Shown here: piece after piece, positions 1 through 15,881 of the stretch
Numbering within the stretch: position 1 is the first letter of the stretch
How the letters are laid out: every line of letters starts with the position of its first letter
Assembly: GCA_951406725.2 (NCBI GenBank)
Contig: OX597817.1
Span: 101,618,001 to 101,682,000, forward strand
Source of the DNA: Octopus vulgaris
Taxonomy: Eukaryota
Direction: 5' to 3'
Length of the DNA stretch: 64,000 nucleotides
Notes under the pieces: model-generated
The model's input: only the letters and a program-made list of their open reading frames with translations
Databases searched by the model: none
What the model was told of the DNA's origin: nothing
Program-made: the position numbers and the translations under genes

Positions 1-862
1 CAACTATATCTGGTCTGTTGGCCTTAATTTCTCTATCTGTGTGTATCGGCAAATCCCAAAGTATGGTTGCTTTCTTGTTTTCTGTGACCTTTTCTGATGT
101 GTGCCTATACCATCTTTTTTCTGTTGTTATTCCATAATGTTAGCATAGCTTCCAGTGTATGTAGGTTCCAACTCTGTCATGTCTGTGAATATATTCCTTC
201 TTAACCAGGACTGGGCAGCCAGAGATAATATGATTTTTCTTGTTTTCCTATCTATTTTGGTCAGTTCATTTCGTGTCCAGTTAAGGATATTGTAGCTGTA
301 ACTTATAACTGGGACAGCTAAAGTGTTAATACCTATTATCTTGTTTTTAGCTATGAGCTCTGTTTTTAGTATTGATCTAACTCGTCTATAATATTCTTTT
401 TTTATTTTCTCTTTCATTCGTGTGTGTTGTGTCTTATCTAGTTCATGGATTCCTAAGTATTTGTAAGTTTGGCTTTGGTCCAATTCTTTTATTTCATTGG
501 TTTTATCTAGTGTGATGTTGCTACTCTTAACTAGTTTTCCTCTTTTCATGGTTACTTTGGCGCATTTTTCTAAACCAAATTTCATATCTATTTCTATTGT
601 AAATCCATGAACTGTCTTTAATAGTGTTTCCAGCTGTTTGTCATTTGCAGCGTATAGTTTTAGGTCATCCATATATAAAAGGTGGCTGATCGTTTTGCCG
701 TAACATTTATATCCGCATCCAGTCCTATTTAGTATATCAGATAGAGGTGACAGTGCCAAGCAGAAAAGGAGTGGAGAGAGCGTGTCTCCCTGGAATATTC
801 CTCTTCTAATGGGGATGTCTTTGGTTTTCATGAGTCCCTCTTTTGTTTGGAGCTGTAGCACT
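1..862 (-). mobile_element. Dong/R4-type RLE non-LTR retrotransposon fragment (RT, internally deleted)
   Basis: GIFQGDTLSPLLF and HLLYMDDLKLYA RT motifs. A jump near 235 joins the RT thumb to the C-terminal RHD/WD..TD RLE region. Confidence 0.9.
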
Positions 863-1056
863 GAATCGTCACCGCGGCAAACAAAATGCTTAGCGGCATT
901 TCTACGATCTAAGTTCAAACTCTGCCGAGGTCAACTTTGCTAGTCATTCTTCGGAGTCGATAAAATAAACCCCAGCTGAGCATTGGGATCAATGTAATCC
1001 ACAAATCCACAAAGCCCTCCTCCATATTTTCAGGCTTTATGCCACTAGTAGAAATA
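863..1056 (+). mobile_element. SINE remnant
   Basis: aaatgcttagcggcattt...gttcaaactctgccgaggtcaactttgc core shared with copies at about 22870-23045, 29820-30285 and 53040-53200. Confidence 0.65.
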
Positions 1057-1138
1057 ATTATACTTACATACACACATGCATACATACGTACATATATAGA
1101 CATATATATGAATGTATATGTATATACATATATATATG

Positions 1139-1202
<64 letters not shown>

Positions 1203-1418
1203 AGTCCATACAGATCAAAAATAATGGTTAAAAAAGTAAAGTTGATAAAAACACAGAAGTATATTTCAGAGAATGTTTAATATTTTGTCACAGTGAGTGA
1301 CGTAAAATATAACCGGTTTCGATGTACCCAGCTTATCAAATAGTAAAAAGAAATTTGGGGGAAGTCAAAAAGGAAAAAAAATAAGGGGTTAACAGTTTGT
1401 ACCCATGCTCTCAGTGTG

Positions 1419-1491
<73 letters not shown>

Positions 1492-1569
1492 CATATATAT
1501 ATGTACATACATGCATATATACATATATGCATACATACATATATATATATATTTCGATAGGTGAATGAA

Positions 1570-2660
1570 TTATCCTATGTTTACCGCCAACATGGAAAAT
1601 TCGATGAACCGATACCAGGATAGCAAATTCACGTCAGAAGCACGGTTGAAGCGACCTGTCCAAGGGTAGAAACTCCGGGTTCATGTGCAGAAATTTGTGT
1701 GTTATATATGAATAAATAAATGAATGGAGTTGAACGAAGATGTTATTCTCATTTACTCTCATTCATTTACTCTCGACATATGTTTCGAAGACAACATGGT
1801 TTCATTCCAAAGGAATAAACGGTGCATGATGCAATCTTCTCATCAGGAAAGAAAGGGAGCCTCTCTCAACAACAAGACAAACAAAAATTTCGGTGACTGC
1901 CTACATGGTAAACAAAACGATAATAAGGGGTTTTAAAAAAAAACCGTTAGTAGAATTGACGTCAAAGTTAGATAGTAGGAAGAGAAGAGTTAAATGAATA
2001 ATAGGTAGGGAACAAGTGGAGAGGGAAAGGTACGTTGATTAAAAGAATGTTCAAAGGCTTAGGAAAGAATTTCGCTATTGAAGTGGAGTGCACGTTAAGC
2101 TAATTGTTCAAACCACAATGACTATCGTAATCATTTATATGAATAAAAAGTATGTTTCTGCCAGTGTTTACATTTGTACGATTTCTCTATGAGTGTGTTT
2201 ACAAGGGGGGCCTTAGAGAAGAGAATATGGAAGAGTTCGGAGTTGCAAATGTTATCTCTTGCCCTTATCTCTTGCCCTTATCAAAAGGAAAGGATACAGA
2301 CAGAATGAACCAATCTAACTTAAAATCTATATTATTGTCTTTAAGACGCCAAACTAATTTACTTAGCCCTGTACTATGTCGTTTTTTACAATCCCTGAAT
2401 GTTGAATAATGGTTTGAAATTCTCTTAGATAACTGGGAAGTGGACCCTCCTATATAGAAGAAGACGTCGGTACCGGAAGAAATTCTACACTGGTAAATAG
2501 AATTCTTAATCTTAGAATTACTAGACAAAAATTTAATTCTGTAGCACCACCAACAACACTATTCCTATTATTATTAGTATTATTAATGGTAATACAACCA
2601 ATAAGACCATCAACAATAATACCGTTATTGTTATTAGAAGTTGTTAACATCTTCGTCCAA
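1570..2660 (-). mobile_element. Penelope-like element 3' remnant: GIY-YIG endonuclease followed by a pLTR with hammerhead
   Basis: ORF 2265-2528 reads SIYQC..FYIGGST..KRISNH..F; a hammerhead motif lies downstream at 1770-1851. Confidence 0.8.
1770..1851 (-). ncRNA. Type I hammerhead ribozyme
   Basis: ctttc-CTGATGA-GAAGA..TCTTC-GAAAC-atat-GTC-gagag; stems I, II and III can all be paired. Confidence 0.8.
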
Positions 2661-2677
2661 CTCCATTCATTTATTTA

Positions 2678-2719
<42 letters not shown>

Positions 2720-2756
2720 GGTCCCGGGTTGATTTGGGGTTAACCACATATAATAA

Positions 2757-2825
<69 letters not shown>

Positions 2826-3661
2826 TATTGCTGACGTCATAGAAATGTATGAACTTCGAAAACAATCCAAAATTATTCTTTCTTTGAAATAGGATCTCGA
2901 AGCGTATAAATATCACCATGCAAATATTGGGTTGAAAAACCCTTCTTGAAAGAAAAAGGCAAAGATTTCTCAAAGATCTTGCAGCCATAACTTTCGTAGA
3001 TATGACTGGTGTTCTACTAGTCAAATAATTCATTTTGGAATTGGATCTCAACACATAAGGCTTCCTAAATGAATAGGAAATTTCGAAGGGTTTTTTTAGT
3101 CAAATGGCAGAATTCGTTTCATGCCTAGAGGAGTTATAAGTTCGAGATTTACTGGCAGGAAAATACGCGCGTGTTAAAGTATCAACCAGAAACAATATCT
3201 CCCATATCCCGCTCCTTCTCCCGCTCTACTCCAAAGAAATTCTAATTTATTACCACTCCTATATCTTCTCTTTCTCTCCACCTCCTGATTATTCTTTTTC
3301 TAAAGTTTTTCTCTGACTCTGCTTAAATGTATTTACAGAATTCCACAATATGTTATTTATTTTACAGTTGACATAGTAAATGACCCCAGCTTAAATTCAC
3401 AACGATCTTCCCATAGCCAGCTTCAATGCTACCAAAATATTTTCCCGTACTCTTCTCCCTCTCTTTTTCTTTATTCTTTTTCTTATTCTTTTTTTAACAA
3501 CTTTAGACATTTTCCCACTCCCATATATTATTTCTTCATACATATGCATTCGATTTTGGTCTCTCGCTCTGTGCTTTCCATGCATTTTCGATCAAGTCTC
3601 CTGACAGTTAACTTAGGATCCCTTGACGACAAAGTAACCTTCATTCGACTAAGGTATCTCT

Positions 3662-3745
3662 AGCCTGATGAGTAGCTAGCGGAGTACCTCTCATTGAGTA
3701 ATTACTACTTCCGAAATTCTGCTAGCCAGGAAACATTTGTAGCCT
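3662..3745 (+). ncRNA. Degenerate hammerhead ribozyme
   Basis: CTGATGA-g-tagctagcggagt..attctgctagcca-g-GAAAC-attt-GTA-gc; the stem II closing pair is mutated. Confidence 0.55.
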
Positions 3746-3787
3746 GGATTTTATCTACTCCATTCTCTAAACTTGGATTTTTATTCG

Positions 3788-3859
<72 letters not shown>

Positions 3860-3961
3860 GGAGTAAACACATAAATGTGAAACAAGGTGGAAAAAAGAGT
3901 ACTCAAATACCAGTGGTAGAGTAATATGGTTTATTTTAAGCAGCAGAAAATTCAACAAAAT

Positions 3962-3999
3962 CTGTTACTCTGAGTTTCTCGTTGCCGTTCATCAGACAG
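3962..3999 (-). ncRNA. Minimal hammerhead ribozyme in a ~145-bp element (3857-4000) between (TA)n arrays
   Basis: ctgt-CTGATGA-acg-gcaa-cga-GAAAC-tcaga-GTA-acag; one mismatch at the stem II closing pair. Confidence 0.7.
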
Positions 4000-4000
4000 T

Positions 4001-5062
<1,062 letters not shown>

Positions 5063-5499
5063 TATATTTATATATATATATATATATATATAGCGTTGAT
5101 AACGAAGAGGAGAGTGGAGATATTATTCACATCCGAAAACTTCTTTATAATGGACCGTTGTGGATACCCGGCATCTAAACCAATTAGAGAGATAATACGG
5201 AATCCGCCAGGATAACATCCCTTTTATACTCTCTCTCTTTCTATGTGTGTGTGTATGTGTGTACACGTTAGCTCTGAACGCATAGACCTATGATGAAAGG
5301 CGTTCTAGCCATGTCATACCATCCTTCTAGACATAATCTGTGACAATGTAATATATTGTGTCCTTCCCATATTAAGAGATTGGGATGTTAGTTGTGGAAA
5401 ATCTAGTTGTTAATGTTTGAAACGTATGTCTAATAGTGTGATTCAACTGCAAAGAGGCTCCTTCAGTGGCTTATGAACAGTGTGTTGTGCATATATATG

Positions 5500-6541
<1,042 letters not shown>

Positions 6542-7129
6542 TATATTTATATATATATAGCGTTGATAACGAAGAGGAGAGTGGAGATATTATTCACATC
6601 CGAAAACTTCTTTATAATGGACCGTTGTGGATACCCGGCATCTAAACCAATTAGAGAGATAATACGGAATCCGCCAGGATAACATCCCTTTTATACTCTC
6701 TCTCTTTCTATGTGTGTGTGTATGTGTGTACACGTTAGCTCTGAACGCATAGACCTATGATGAAAGGCGTTCTAGCCATGTCATACCATCCTTCTAGACA
6801 TAATCTGTGACAATGTAATATATTGTGTCCTTCCCATATTAAGAGATTGGGATGTTAGTTGTGGAAAATCTAGTTGTTAATGTTTGAAACGTATGTCTAA
6901 TAGTGTGAGTCAACTGCAAAGAGGCTCCTTCAGTGGCTTATGAACAGTGTGTTGTGCATATATATGTGTGTGCATGTTTGTGTGAGTGTGAATGTGTATG
7001 TATGCATGTTTGTGTGTGTAAGTGTGTATGTGTGCGTACATGTAAATTAGGTGTTTATAAATTTTCTAGTGTGTATGTATGATCGTGTGTGGGTGGGTGT
7101 GGGATAATTTAGTTGATGTTTATTTAGAA

Positions 7130-7366
7130 CTGTGGTTCTAAACTATTTTTTGTGTATGTATGGGCCACTTTCGTTCCTGTTTTACTCTACTGGACCTCTA
7201 TAGCCATTCCCTTTTCTAAAAAAAAAAAACTTACTGTATTTTTATAATTACATATTATAAGGAACTGTATAAAATAATTTTAATATTTTGTGTATTGTAT
7301 TATAACCAAAAATTTTATATGGACAACCCCACCAAAGGTCATACGGACTCCAGTCGAGGACCACTG
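7130..7366. mobile_element. hAT (Charlie-like) MITE, decayed
   Basis: Ends ctgtggttctaaac / gtcgaggaccactg; 8-bp TSD atttagaa/atttagag. Confidence 0.55.
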
Positions 7367-7803
7367 ATTTAGAGTAAACCTATTACTAAATGCAATTCTG
7401 CATTTAGTAATATATTCTTTCTAAGGCTACACCATTTAATATAGTTCTTTTCCTTTATTTAAGACATGGGTGAGGGTTATTTGACAAGGATTTGGCCACA
7501 ACTACTAGCAGATCAAAGAACCACATAGAAGATACTTCGTTGATTAGGTATACTTCATTGTTCCGTCAATCTGCTGTACCTCTATAATATTTTCCTAACG
7601 GTTTCAGCCAATAGCTGTGATCATGCTATGACATCGTCGTTACTATATGTGGAATTTATACGTCATCTATTGGATCTTCCTATTATTTGGAAAAATAATG
7701 AGAATCTCCCTATCTAAGGTTTCCGCTTAACTTGTCTCATGTATTGTATGTGTTTATTTGTGCGTGCGTACATGCGTGCGTAGGTGTGCGTGTGTGTGTG
7801 TAT

Positions 7804-7867
<64 letters not shown>

Positions 7868-9505
7868 GTGTGTGTGTGTTTGCATAACCCTATCGTTGTG
7901 TGGCTCCAAGACGTCTGTGATCGTTTAAGACCTATGACATGCATTAAGTTGTGATCATCCAGACTTATTTTCAGACACTGTGTAGAATTATCAGCCAAGG
8001 TGTCCATCTTTTTGAAATGGTTGGCTTTGATAACGAAGAAAATTATCTGCTATTTCTAGCAGGGCGTGCAACAACATATTGACTTCCTTATTGGTTTTTG
8101 TAGAGAGGTGTAAATCGATAAATATAGGGTATTTGATCTATAAGTGTAAAATAAGTTTCCTTTTTAAGAAGGTCGGCAAAGACAACAGTCGCTATTAATT
8201 CGCCTTAGAACATAAAAAGTAAAAAATATTGTACATGCTGAAGTTGAAAAATTCAGTACAGCATATCTCGACATCACGTAGTCACCAAAAGGAATGCATT
8301 GTCATTTAATTTAATATGGTTTCCATTAAGACTGATAAATATCTAATGTAAATCAAACATGTCAATTTAATAGTGAACGATAAACAATCAGTAATTTCGT
8401 GCCAAACCCAAAGCAAGAATTTTTGATTATCATCAATTTTCATGATAGTAAATACATTTTGTTCTAACTGAAATATTTAAAGTCTTCGCATAGAATCCTT
8501 GTTGGTAAAATACGTGTTACCAGTAATTCCTCTTAGTAATTTTTATACACTTACACTTCTTATAATATATTTCAATCCTTTTCCAGAATATATTGCTAAA
8601 AATTTCAGTAAAGAGAATGAATGTCTTAAATTTGTTTCATAATGCAAAAGGGAGTAGAATCACTTGATACAATTCCATACACGTATTCTCGATCGACACA
8701 AACACTTTGAATACCCTTGATCTCTTTCACCAAACCATCACCGTTTCTTTACCTATCGAACTCTGTTAAATTACTATTACCCACCACACCTATAGACACC
8801 TTCCTACCTTCCCGACCCTATTTCCCCCTCATGTCAGCTAATTAGTTAGGAACTTCGCTAGTTTTACAATTAATTTCAGCAGGAAATTCGCTTCAACTGA
8901 AACTAGTAACTGAAAACATCCTCTTTGCCATATCCTTTTTCAGCGTTCCTACGACCAGTTCTCAAACTCTAATTCCCAATATACACTTCACACTTAGATG
9001 TGCTTTTGCAATAAAGACTACAACGCAGCCTACAACGTCTATCAAAAAAGTCACTCCCTCCTACAACTGGTGCTTAACCCAAGCAAGACTAGCATCCGTG
9101 AATCAAAAAGCTCATTTGCGTATCACAGAGCCTGTAAGCTCACCTCCCTCAGTGAGACAGAAGTTCTCCAAAACGTTTCTTCTCCATCTAGCTATATATA
9201 TCTCATCACCATATACTTATACATGCCAAGTGAATCTATCCTGGTCATTTCAAATCAAAATGACCTGACAATGTCACTTTCATCATCCATAGACATAATC
9301 CAGAACTATAATTATATATTCTTTTGTAGTTCTATATTTAAGAGATGAGGAATTGTGTACATTATTTACGTTATTTACATTTGACGGATATTTGACCACA
9401 TCTTGTTTGTTGTTAACACAACGTTTCAGCTGATATACCCTCTAGTCTTCATCAGGTGTCTTGGGGAGATTTCGATCCTGGGTTCTCATTCCTAAGGTAT
9501 TTTTC

Positions 9506-9873
<368 letters not shown>

Positions 9874-10152
9874 GAGTTGTAGTACCGACTACATTACAAT
9901 TCCATACAAGGCTGTCATATTTTCTCCTACTCCATGCATTTTCATTGTTTTTATTATCCAGAAGTGTGGCATCATATCGTATTCTTTACAATAGTTAACC
10001 CATGCCATGCTCAGGCTTGAGTGTCTTCTCTTGAAGATCCTGATAGATTATCAATTAAGAGCTGATTCTTCGTTCCCTAGCTCCTCTTTCGACACCCTTT
10101 CCGTTCAATAGGTAGCAACCCACTGTTTTCCAGGTATCTATTATTATTATTA

Positions 10153-12131
10153 TTCAGTAGTTTTATTTTTATAGTGTGCTTTCACTTCACTACCGAGCGC
10201 AGCTTTGTGTGCCTTGGGTATGTGTTGTGATTTGTTGTGATGCTCTGATGGTTATTGTATGGAAAGTGTTCTGCGTAGGATGTGTGCAGTGCCTAGTAGT
10301 GCAATTTTCTGTATGTTATATGTGTTTGTAAGTCCTGATGTTTTTGTTATGTATTTGCCTGAATATTTTTTTATCATGCCTAATGCACCTACTATGATAG
10401 GAATTGTTTCTATCATTCTAACATTTATATCCGCATCCAGTTCTATTTAGCATATCAGATAGAGGTGACACTGTCAAGCAGAAAAGGAGTGGAGAGAGCG
10501 TGTCTCCCTGGAATATTCCTCTTCTAATGGGGATGGTTTTGGTTTTCATGAGTCCCTCTTTTGTTTGGAGCTGTAGCACTGTTTGCCATTTATTCATAGA
10601 GTGTCCTATGAATTTTATAATTGTTGGTGCTACTTTGTTAATGGCTAGTGTTTCGAGGATCCATGTGTGGGGGATGCTATCAAACGCCTTTTTGTAGTCA
10701 ATCCAGGCCATACTGAGGCCTTTCTTCTTTCTGTGGCTGTCTTCAGTTATGGCTTTATTAATCATTAGTTGATGTTTACAGCCATATGAGCCTTTGCGGC
10801 ATCCTTTCTGCTCTTCTAGAAACAGGTTGTTTTCGTCCAGGTGCTTGTTCAACCTTTGCGATATCACTGCAGTAAATGCCTTGTACATTGAAGGGAGACA
10901 GGTTATTGGTCTGTAGTTTTCTGATTTTGCTGTCTTATTTGATTTGGGAATTAAGATGGTTTTCCCCTTCGTGAGCCATTCAGGCACTGTCTCTGGCTCT
11001 GCCAGTATGTTGTTAAAGTTTTCAGCCAGCTTTTTGTGCATTCCTGTTAGATATTTCAACCAGAGGTTGGGGATCTTGTCATGTCCAGGTGCCTTCCAGT
11101 TGCTTAGTCTTTGCAGTGCCTGGATGACCACTTCAGTTGTTATGGGGGTCCAAAGTTGCTCAGATGCTGAGTTTGTTGTTTTAACACTCCTTGTTTTTGG
11201 TTGTTCGTTCGCCGACCATATTTCTCTCCAGAATGCTTCCACTTCTGCCGTTGGTGCCGCAGTGATTTCTATTTTATTTTTGCCAAGTTCTTGGTAGAAC
11301 TTTTGGGGGTTGGAGTTGAACTGTTTGTTTTGTTCAAAGAAGCGCTGACGTTTGTTGTACCGGCGGATCCTTTGTGCTTTGGCAAGGATATCTTGCTTTA
11401 GCTTTTCTTTTTTCTCAGGTAAGTCTTTTTCTGTGATGTTGTATTTGCGGAGTATTTTCGTTTTCTTTTTGTTGCTTTTAGTAGCGTTGATTGTCTACTG
11501 ATTTCATTAAGAATCGACAGATCTTTTCTCATTTTTTGTATTTTGTTTTGGATGTTATTTATCCACAGGGTTTGTTTGGGTTGTGGTACTCCTGTTTGGA
11601 TGGGTTTGAGTGAGTATCTAGCTTCTTTTGTGGCTACAGTGGCTGCTGCGTATATTAAGTCATTTAGCTCAAAGATATCGCTTTTTGTTTCAGTGGCTAT
11701 TAGTTCCGTGACGGCTAGGTTTATGCTGTTTATAATTGGTGTTGTTGTTTCGTCTATTTTGATTTTTGGGAAGTATGGTCGGTGGTCCATTTTGAGCTCT
11801 GTGGTTTTCAGTTCTTTGATTATTCTACTTTTTATATTATCATAATCATTAGGCTCCCCTTCGTTGTTTCCAGGTTTTAGATTTGTGTCACTTTCTTTCT
11901 TATTTGTATGTTTGTTTGTCGTGTTTTGGCTTGCTGTTTGTCGTGTATTATTATGCATCCTTACGGTCTGGGTTTGTTGTGTTTGTTTACATCGTGTTTG
12001 TTGGGAATGTTTCGTTCATCTTCGTGTTTTACTGTTTCAGTGTTTATATTATTGAGCATTGTTGTGGGGCTTCTATCTACATTTTTCTGATATTTTTTTC
12101 TTTTAGATGTTCTATTTCTATTTCTGATATT
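10153..12131 (-). mobile_element. Dong/R4-type LINE, internally deleted, flanked by (TAA)n
   Basis: WKAPGHDKI, NYRPITCL, EEQKGCRKG, WIDYKKAFDSIPH, GIFQGDTLSPLLF; deletion junction near 10417 joins directly to the 3' end. Confidence 0.9.
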
Positions 12132-12142
12132 TTTATTATTAC

Positions 12143-12228
<86 letters not shown>

Positions 12229-12233
<5 letters not shown>

Positions 12234-13419
12234 TAGTTTTACTTTTATAACGTGCTTTCACTTCACTACCGAGCGTAGCTCTGTGTGCCTTGGGTTTGTG
12301 CTGTGATTTGTTGTGATGCTCTGATGGTTACTGTATTGAAAGTGTTCTGCACTTACTATGATAGGAATTGTTTCTATTTTTAGATTCTACATTCGAGTTA
12401 CCTCCATTTCCAGGTCTTTATATTTTGAAAGTTTCTCCATTTCTTTTAGAGACATGTTGTCATCTGCCGGTATTGATACATCAATTAGAAAGCATTTTTT
12501 CTTCTTCATGATCTCTGACAACTATAACTGATCTGTTGGCCTTAATTTCTCTATCTGTGTGTATTGGCATATCCCAAAGTATGGTTGTTTTCTCGTTTTC
12601 TGTGACATTTTCTGGTGTGTGCCTATACCATCTTTTTTCTGTTGTTATTCCATAATGTTGGCTTAGCTTCCAGTGTATGTAGGTCCCAACTCTGTCGTGT
12701 CTGTGAATATATTCCTTCTTAGCCAGGACTGAGCAGCTAGAGATAATATGATTTATTGTTTCTTGTCCATCTCCACATATTCTGCAGTTACTTGTAATAT
12801 TTCTTTTCATTACATGTTTTTGGTAATTTCTGGTGGGGAGGCTTTGGTCTTGTGCTGCAATTAAAAATTCCTCTGTCTCTGTTTTGAGTCCTGAGCTTCT
12901 CAACCACTGCTGGGATTTTTCTTTGTCTATTTGTTTTGCATTTAATTTAGTCCAGTACTTGCCATGAAGGGGCTTTTCTTGCCATCGTTTTATCATGGTC
13001 CGTTGCTGTTCTAGTTTTAGTTTTGATTTCATTTGCTTTATAGCTTTTGTTGCTTTCTTCTTCTTCTTCTTCTTCTTTTTCTTCTTCTTCTTCTTCTTCT
13101 TCTTCTTCTTCTTCTTCTTCTTCTTCTTCTTCTTCTTCTTCTTCTTCTTCTTCATATTTGTTAGGTGGTATGATTTCTTGTTTGTATTTGTCAGCTTCCT
13201 TAAATACTGAGAACAATTTTTTGTTTTGCTCGTGTTTTGCCGCTATTTGTATCAGTTTTCCTTTCTTCTGAAGTGGGTATGGTTATTTTATAGTAGTTTT
13301 CCAGCTTTATAAGGGTCTATCACCTTCTATACGTTGTATATATAGCCTTTCTATGTCAGATTTTGGGTGATGCATCCTAGATCCTGTCATTATTTTTCTT
13401 GTTTTCCTATCTATTTTAG
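12229..13419 (-). mobile_element. Dong/R4-type LINE 3' part (CCHC knuckle + RLE) flanked by (TAA)n
   Basis: IAAQDQSL, CRICG..ETINHIISSC, RHD, ILWD..TD; same 3' end as the copy at 10153. Confidence 0.9.
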
Positions 13420-13443
13420 TTATTATTATTATTATTATTATTA

Positions 13444-13492
<49 letters not shown>

Positions 13493-13507
13493 CATTATTA
13501 TTATTAT

Positions 13508-15105
13508 ACACTCAAAATATTAGACTGGAAAAGAAAAAATCTTAACATCGGGCTACAACACTCAGACTCAGATGCGAAGAATTACACCAAATAACCATAG
13601 ATGCCAAGAACCCTCCTAAGTATCCTAGCTGCCCCTAATAGCAATGTTTTCTGCAGCTGGACTAAACTGGGTTTTATGCCTATTTTCTCAATCCATATGT
13701 TAAAATCTTTAGGGGTAGTTCCCAATGCACCTATAACTACTGGGATACATTTACCCGCACTTTCCATAATCTCTGTAATTCAATGGGTAGCTCCTGATAC
13801 TTTGCTATTTCTTCCATACCTCTTATATTGATTTCCTCATCATTTGGGATTGTAAAGTCAATTACCTGGCACTTTCTATTTTCTTTATCTACTACTACTA
13901 ATTCAGGCATTCTAGCTACTATTACTCTGTCAGTCTGAATGTTAAAGTCCCACAACATCTTGTATTTCTTAATGTCTAGTACATTACTAGGTTCATGTTC
14001 ATACCATTTATCAGTATGTTCAAATCCTAGCTTTCTACATAGATCCCAGTGGATTGCACTCTCTAGATCGTCATGTCTTTTCTTGTATTCCTTCTGTACC
14101 AGCATACTACATTCACTTTCTATATGAATAACGATTTCCTCTTTTGATTTGGATAATGTACATTGAGAATCTACTTGGATTTTGTCTATCTTGGCTTTTA
14201 TCCAATTACTCCTTAAATACTTGATCTTTTGCAGTTACTAACAAACTTTCTGTCTCCCTCTTTAGCTTTCCTTTCTGCAGGCATAACAATGTCTCACTAC
14301 TACTATTTGCTACATCTAACTTTGGGAATCTACTATGAAACTCCTTCTCCTGCCAGTCAGATAGTTTCTGTTCTTTTTCTGTTTTTTAACTTCGGTTGGT
14401 TCTTGGTTTCCTTATATCTTGCTGTGACTCTAGCAGCTTTTAATAAACTTCCACATTAATGGAAAGCAAGTGGAGGCGCAATGGCCCAGTGGTTAGGGCA
14501 GCGGACTTGCGGTCGGAGGATCGCGGTTTCGATTCCCAGACCGGGCGTTTGTGTGTGTTTATTGAGCGAAAACACCTAAAAGCTCCACGAGGCTCCGGCA
14601 GGGGATGGTGGTGATCCCTGCTGTACTCTTTCACCACTCTAAAGGCGGTGCTCCAGCATGGCCGCAGTCAAATGACTGAAACAAGTACAAAAAAAAAAAA
14701 AAAAGTGATTGGTCTATAATTGCTAGCTCTGTTACCCTTGCTCTTATCTTTCATAATGAGTATTGTCCTCCCTCTAGTCATCCAATCTGGTATTATTCCT
14801 CCATTAAGGCAATCCTGAAGTTGTTCCGTCAGCCTACCCCTCCCCCATGTAAACTACTTGAACTAAGTCTGCTCTTGGGCCCTTCCAATTCGGCATTTTT
14901 CCTATCATTTTACTCATTAATGCACGGGTTAGTCTTGGATTTGGCTGCTTCCCACTCACTACTTCTTCCCTCACTTTCTTTAACTATAATGCATCTCCAT
15001 TATGATTGTCCTGAATTTTCTAGCTTCCTCTCTATTAGTTTTCTCGTCTTCAGTATTTCGTTCTTCACTATTTATTTGGTTATAAATTCTTCTGTCTCTC
15101 TCTCT
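13508..15105 (-). mobile_element. Second Dong/R4-type subfamily, decayed, interrupted by a SINE
   Basis: YKKRHD..IHWDLC, MLWDFNIQTD, IPVVIGALG; (TAA)n on both sides. Confidence 0.85.
14471..14704 (+). mobile_element. tRNA-derived SINE with A-rich tail
   Basis: A box tggcccagtgg, B box gtttcgattcc, poly(A) end; a related inverted copy lies at about 27155-27530. Confidence 0.85.
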
Positions 15106-15120
15106 TATTATTATTATTGA

Positions 15121-15190
<70 letters not shown>

Positions 15191-15743
15191 GAGTGAGAGA
15201 GCAGTGCGTGCCATCAAAGTGACACTGGGGTAAAATATACGAAGCCCAGTATACCCATCATGACTACCCGTCTGATAAGGGTACACCAGGCACATGCATC
15301 ACAACCATATGTGCGCGACATAGTGATCTCATATCAAAATAAACAGCTCATGACCTTGCAGGTGGGGCCCAGTTAGAATTTTCTTCAGGTCGAGTAACCC
15401 ATCCCACTCGAAAGGTCCCTGAATGAGGGTTGTTTAAAGATGTTGAACGAAACACCCATGTTTCCAGAGGTGAATTATTCAAACCCCAAAGAATCCCTCT
15501 CAACACATGGCTATGATGCTCCCCCACTACTTCTGCTCGTGATCAGAGATGCACATATCGTCAGCCACTAAGGGACATGCTCAACTGGTTATGGTCAAAC
15601 AACTGACAAGCAAATCTGTGGTATTGAGCAGAATATTTGCTGTAGCCCATCTTTTATACCAAGACAAAACAATGTACATGATAACACTTCCAATCAGTTA
15701 AGATCAGAAGCCATGAGAGCCACTGCCTGGTACTGCATCAGGG

Positions 15744-15745
<2 letters not shown>
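15191..15745. mobile_element. ~555-bp non-coding element inserted in a (TTA)n array
   Basis: Sharp boundaries inside uninterrupted TTA repeats; no ORF. Confidence 0.55.
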
Positions 15746-15815
<70 letters not shown>

Positions 15816-15839
15816 CATTATTATTATTATTATTATTAC

Positions 15840-15881
<42 letters not shown>

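Noticed and set aside
9415-9460. Hammerhead CTGATGA..GAAAC
   Set aside because: Stem II is mismatched and no clear stem I or III was found; counted only as a weak variant.
14471-14546. tRNA gene
   Set aside because: The A/B boxes run straight into a SINE body and poly(A); no convincing acceptor stem.
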